Positions 59,671-64,000 of a stretch of 64,000 nt of DNA are shown one piece after another. Origin of the DNA: Saprolegnia diclina VS20 (Eukaryota); assembly GCF_000281045.1 (NCBI RefSeq), contig NW_008246081.1:384986-448985 (forward strand), read 5' to 3'. Within the stretch, counting starts at the first letter, position 1; each line of letters starts with the position of its first letter. Below the pieces are notes generated by a model that searched no databases, was not told the DNA's origin, and saw only the letters and a program-made list of their open reading frames with translations. The position numbers were made by a program, and so were the translations under genes.

Positions 59671-60388
59671 ATGCGCACGCGCCTCCACAACCTCCAGCGT
59701 CCGCTCAAGGCAATACGCTGCGCCGCCAAGGCCAAAGCGGCGGCGTCCGCCAAGCAAGCCGAGGCCCAGGCCTGCGAGCGCCTCCAGGCCACGAAGAACG
59801 CGCTGGTACCGGCCCTTGCCGCCCGAGCCCGTTGACAAGTCTCGTAGATGATGCGCTTCACCAACGAAAACTCGTATCTGAACTGGGCGCGTAATGGCGT
59901 GCTCTCGTCTGGCGTCGGCGTGGCCATGTATGCCCAAGAGCACCACCGCGGCGCGCACCTGAGCGGCGCCGGTACGCTCGGCGACCACCGACCCACGAAT
60001 GTCACCTCTGTCCGTAGGGCTCTTGCTGCTTGGCTTTGGCTACATTGGTGTCGGGTCGCTCAAGTACATTCACTACGTGCTCCGGTACCGCACGCTCATG
60101 GAGATGACGTGGCCGAGTGTCATTGCTACGTGCTCCCATGCGTCGATCGCGCTCGGGATTTGGCTCACGGCGACGGCGTCGTTCCTGGTAGGATGGTGCT
60201 TCGACTACAACGTCCCTCATGGCTTGTCGTCGTAGGAGTCGATTCCGCTGGACGTGGATGTCCTGCTGCTGGAAGAGCCTTTCATTTCGTACTTGCCCAA
60301 TCGCATTGCCCAAGGCTTGATCGAGACGTACAATCTACACCAAGACTTATACGACGACGACGCGGTCGTGCGGCCGGGCTCGCATTAG
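59671..60388 (+). CDS. TMEM160/DUF202-like membrane protein, probably mitochondrial; 4 exons
   Basis: Basic presequence-like start, NENSYLNWARNGVLSSGVGVAM (cf. TMEM160 FLSWFRNGLLASGIGV), three hydrophobic segments. Confidence 0.7.
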
Positions 60389-60555
60389 CCGACGCCTTGT
60401 CTCTAGTACCGCATCGTCTAACCACCTCTATCTACGCGTGGTGCCAATATACAAAAGTTTGCTCCTTCTTCGGCAGCAAGAGCGTCGCATCTACGGGCTT
60501 CACGCCGAACAGTCATGTTCCATCGAGTTATGCTTGCCGAGGCGCGCGACGACGC

Positions 60556-61091
60556 TTAGTTCGTGGCGTCAAAGTCAGGGTTGCGACGCACGGTGACGCC
60601 GTCCCACGTGATGTTGATGGGCTCGTAGTCGCGTTCCGGAAAGCGAGCATCGACGATGGGCGCCGCCAATAAGATATCGCTTTCGGGCGAGCGCGGCAGC
60701 GACGCGCCGTGGTCGACGAGGTCCTTCAAGATGCGCGTAATCTCATCGGGCGTCTTGTCGTCCAAGAACACTTGCTTCTCCTTGCCCCAGTCTACAGCCC
60801 ATCTTAGCCATGCTGATTGCTCCACGGCGGCGCGTACCGTAGCGAGCGTACACGAACGGCTTGAGCTCCTCGGCCTCACGGTACACAAAGGGCGTGCGCG
60901 GGTTGAGCATCTTGAGCTCGTTGTAGTTTCGTCGGAAGAAGGAGCTAGACGACGCAGGTGGATGAGCGAGGTAGCGTGTCATGGCCCACGCAGCGGCGAG
61001 CTTACCGGAGGCCGCTGCTGCTCTCCGAGGTCGAGCAGGCCACGAAGCGCAGTTCCTGGACGTTGCGGGAGATTTGGGCGCGCCAGCTCAT
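60556..61091 (-). CDS. NDUFA2: NADH:ubiquinone oxidoreductase subunit NDUFA2 (B8); 3 exons
   Basis: MSWRAQISRNVQELRFVACSTSESSSGLR/SFFRRNYNELKMLNPRTPFVYREAEELKPFVYARY/DWGKEKQVFLD. Confidence 0.85.
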
Positions 61092-61426
61092 CTTGCTGCC
61101 GTCTTCGTCGTCGGTAATTTGGCACTTCCCAACGCCACAAAGCCCCGACCAATCGCAGGTCATACGGATAACGCACACCCATTATCCGGAAAAGGCGGCC
61201 GCGATCTTGAAAGGCCGCGACCAGACCATTATACAGTAAAGGGCGATGGCGATGCATCTTGGCCTGCAGCTGCGCGCAATGGCGCCATGCTTGACTGCCT
61301 CCATGTGGTCGGCGCCGTGGCTACCGGCGGTCGATCATGCTCCGAGCCGCCCGCCCTCGTCGCCCAAGCAGGCTCTTTCTGGCGATACCGAACGCTTGCA
61401 TCAACATGCGACTACGATCTTGAAAC

Positions 61427-63279
61427 TTAAAGCAAGCTCGTGCGCACGGACGACGCCTCGCGAACGATGTCGACGTGCAAGAGCGCCTTGAACGCCAGGA
61501 AGAGGCACCCGATGGGCAAGAGCACCAGAAACGAGACGCGCGCGACACGCGCACCGTCGGCCGAGAGCGTCGATGCATTTGTCGTCGTCACCGCACTGCC
61601 CGTCGCCTCTTGCAGCCACTTGTTGAGAAAGTACAGAATGTTGGCCTTTTGCTGACGACGCGGCGCAGGGTCGAGCGCCGAGTTGCCGAGGTCGCCGCAG
61701 TGGCCGCAGAGGTCGCAGACTGCCAAGAAGGCCGGTTGGTCTTCACTCAGCGACGCGAGCACTGACGCACGCTGCCACGGATCGTCGCCGCCGTTGGCAT
61801 AAAAGATGTTGTGACCGTGGGGCTTGTCGCCGCCGTAGCGCTGGATCGTAGCGGCGACGCCAGCGGACGGGTCGACCACGTCGCCAAAGATCTCGTAGCA
61901 CTGCTTCTCGTGGTAGTCGAGGTCCACGATTGACGACCGGAGGCTGTCGTGGTGCGGCGCCACCTAGTCGTCGCAACCGTTAGACGGCGACGAACACGCT
62001 GGGGTGAACCTGGAAGTAGGCGAGCTGGTAGCACTTTTGCCAGCGCCACGAGCGCACGTCGGCCCAGCGCGACGGGTCGTTCTTGAGGCAGGTCGTGTCG
62101 TAGAAGCAGCCCGCGCCAAAAGCAGCGCCGTACATGCCAATGGTAAAGTTGGCGAACGCCTACACTCCTCCTCGTATTCGGCGCGACGCGGGGTCGAAGC
62201 GCGTACCTCGGGGAGCGACACGTTGGCTTGGACGGCCGCGACCATGGGCGCGCAGAGCTGGTCCTTCTTGCCGTACTGCACGGCCATGGCAGCCGAGTCA
62301 GCGAGCATGTAGAAGAAATCCGGGTCCGCGAGCGCTTGAGCGCCAAGAAGGCCCTTGACCTATATCCACGCAACCTCAGTCGCACAAGTAATGCAGTGCC
62401 ACGAACCTCGTCGCTGCGGCCGGCGTGGATCTCGGACTCGTACGCTTTTGTGATTTGGCGAAGGGCGTCAGCACACTCTTTGCCTGCAGAGAGCGCGACC
62501 TACAAGACTGCGTGAGAGACCGCACTAGCCCCTGTGAGCAGAAACCTGTTGGTCGAAAGCGTGAAAGTTGTAGACGGGGTTGACGACACCGGACGAGGAC
62601 AAAGCCGCCACCGTCGTGTTCGGATACGCAATGCTAGCGCCAGCATCGATAAAAGCTCTCAGCAAAAGACGCGTACCGAAACCACGCCGAGAGCGCACCG
62701 GGATAGGACCCACCGACCGCGATCCACGGGTTGGACGTGGTGGAAAGCGTCGCTTGGTACGCCTCGATGAACGCCTTCAAGTCGGCGAGCGCTTGCTCGA
62801 CGGTCAAGAACTTGAGGTTCTCGGTCGAGAGGTCGTCCTTGGGCAAGCTCTTCCCGTAGAAACGGTGTTCGAGGGCGACGACCTATGGCCTTCCGTTGGC
62901 GACCCAGCCAAGTAGGGCAGATACTGTCGCGTACCTTGGCACTGTGCTCCTTGGCAATCACGTCAATGTAGCCCGTGGGCATCTTGTCCATTGCGCCTTC
63001 GCCACCAATGTACATGATGATCGGGCTCTTGTCGAGCCCGCCCCAGTACGTATCGTCCACGTAGTAGCGCTGGAGAAAGTGGAGTGGCGGCTTGGGCGAA
63101 AAGTGGTCGAGCGTTTGCTGGAACCACTGCGCCTCCGGCGCCGGCGCCAGCGACACGACGGCGCCCGCCACGAGGTCCTTGAAGAGGTTGCCTCCGCGCG
63201 CATGCGTCGGCGGCAGGTGCAGCGCCGAGGCCATCGCGACGCCGCTCAGCAACGCCAGGGCAATCTTGGTCGTCACCAT
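61427..63279 (-). CDS. Serine carboxypeptidase family S28 (PRCP/PRSS16-like), secreted, with C-terminal hydrophobic anchor; multi-exon
   Basis: Signal peptide; [35 protein letters not shown]; nucleophile [26 protein letters not shown]. Confidence 0.93.
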
Positions 63280-64000
63280 CCTTTTTGCCGAATGACTTCG
63301 ACTCAGAAAAGATCCCACGCGCTGATTGGCTCGTGCGCAACGTCAAGGATCCTTATCATACACAGACTACACCCACGCAACTTTTAATATCAAGGAAACT
63401 CAGATCTTGGTGCCTTACGACTGGAGAGTTGGGTTCGTATAGTGCATGCGATTGCCCTTTTGTCGCCATCCGGACATCCGTATACTGTGCCAAGATCGCG
63501 ACCGAAGGTCATCCATCATGTGGCGCCGCTTGTGTCCTCGCTCGGGCAGGTCGAGAGCTGCAAGGCGCCTGCTAATGAACATACGTAGAAATGGCCTGTC
63601 ACCTCACACTGCAGAGCGGCCAAGTCTTCAACTGGCGCCAAGTCCAAGCGCAATGGGTCGGTGTTATCCAGCGTCACGTCATCGCGCTCCGGGAGGCCGA
63701 GTCAGCGATCGAGTACACATGCTTGCACGCGCCTCCGCTGCAAGACAAGGAAGACGACGTTCATGCACTCGTGTCATCCTACTTTCGCACTGATGTACCC
63801 TCCCATTTGCCATTGCCAGCGGCTCATGCCATCGATAGGACAACCTCGGCGAGCTCTACGGTGCGTCGTTTTCTCCCGAGTGCGATGACTGCATTGTCGC
63901 GTAGCGTCGTGGATGCAGCCCAACGACCAGTTCTCACCGGCCTTTGCGTCGCTGCCCGGGCTCCGCCTCATTCGGTGCGTGCATACTCTTGCTTCCATAC

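Overview
Gene-dense eukaryotic genomic DNA, most likely from an oomycete of the Saprolegnia/Achlya type. This is inferred from the GC-rich coding sequence, many 35-60 nt GT-AG introns, very short intergenic spacers and axonemal genes. About 30 protein-coding genes can be reconstructed: a 14-kb outer-arm axonemal dynein heavy chain, other flagellar genes (RSPH14-like, LC7/roadblock, an EF-hand protein), DNA/chromatin genes (XPA, MLH3, NAP1, MCM-BP, CDC6), RNA factors (SERRATE/ARS2, a cold-shock/CCCH protein), two J-domain proteins, TMF golgin, CCDC6-like, PIG-U, mitochondrial proteins (LYR protein, bL33m, TMEM160-like, NDUFA2) and an S28 peptidase. No rRNA, tRNA, CRISPR or transposon was recognised. 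Most notable: (1) a ~1450-aa CDC6 with a PWWP-like N-terminus and six copies of an unnamed ~55-aa domain; (2) a PH-USP53/54-like-PDZ-UBA deubiquitinase; (3) two paralogous RING proteins with matching exon structure and a shared unnamed beta-sandwich domain; (4) a tandem family of secreted proteins beginning RCFCPKYC; (5) a recurrent (T)ATCCGGA(TA) element upstream of many genes. Family calls come from motif recognition by eye, not database searches, and exon boundaries were inferred from GT-AG sites plus frame continuity.
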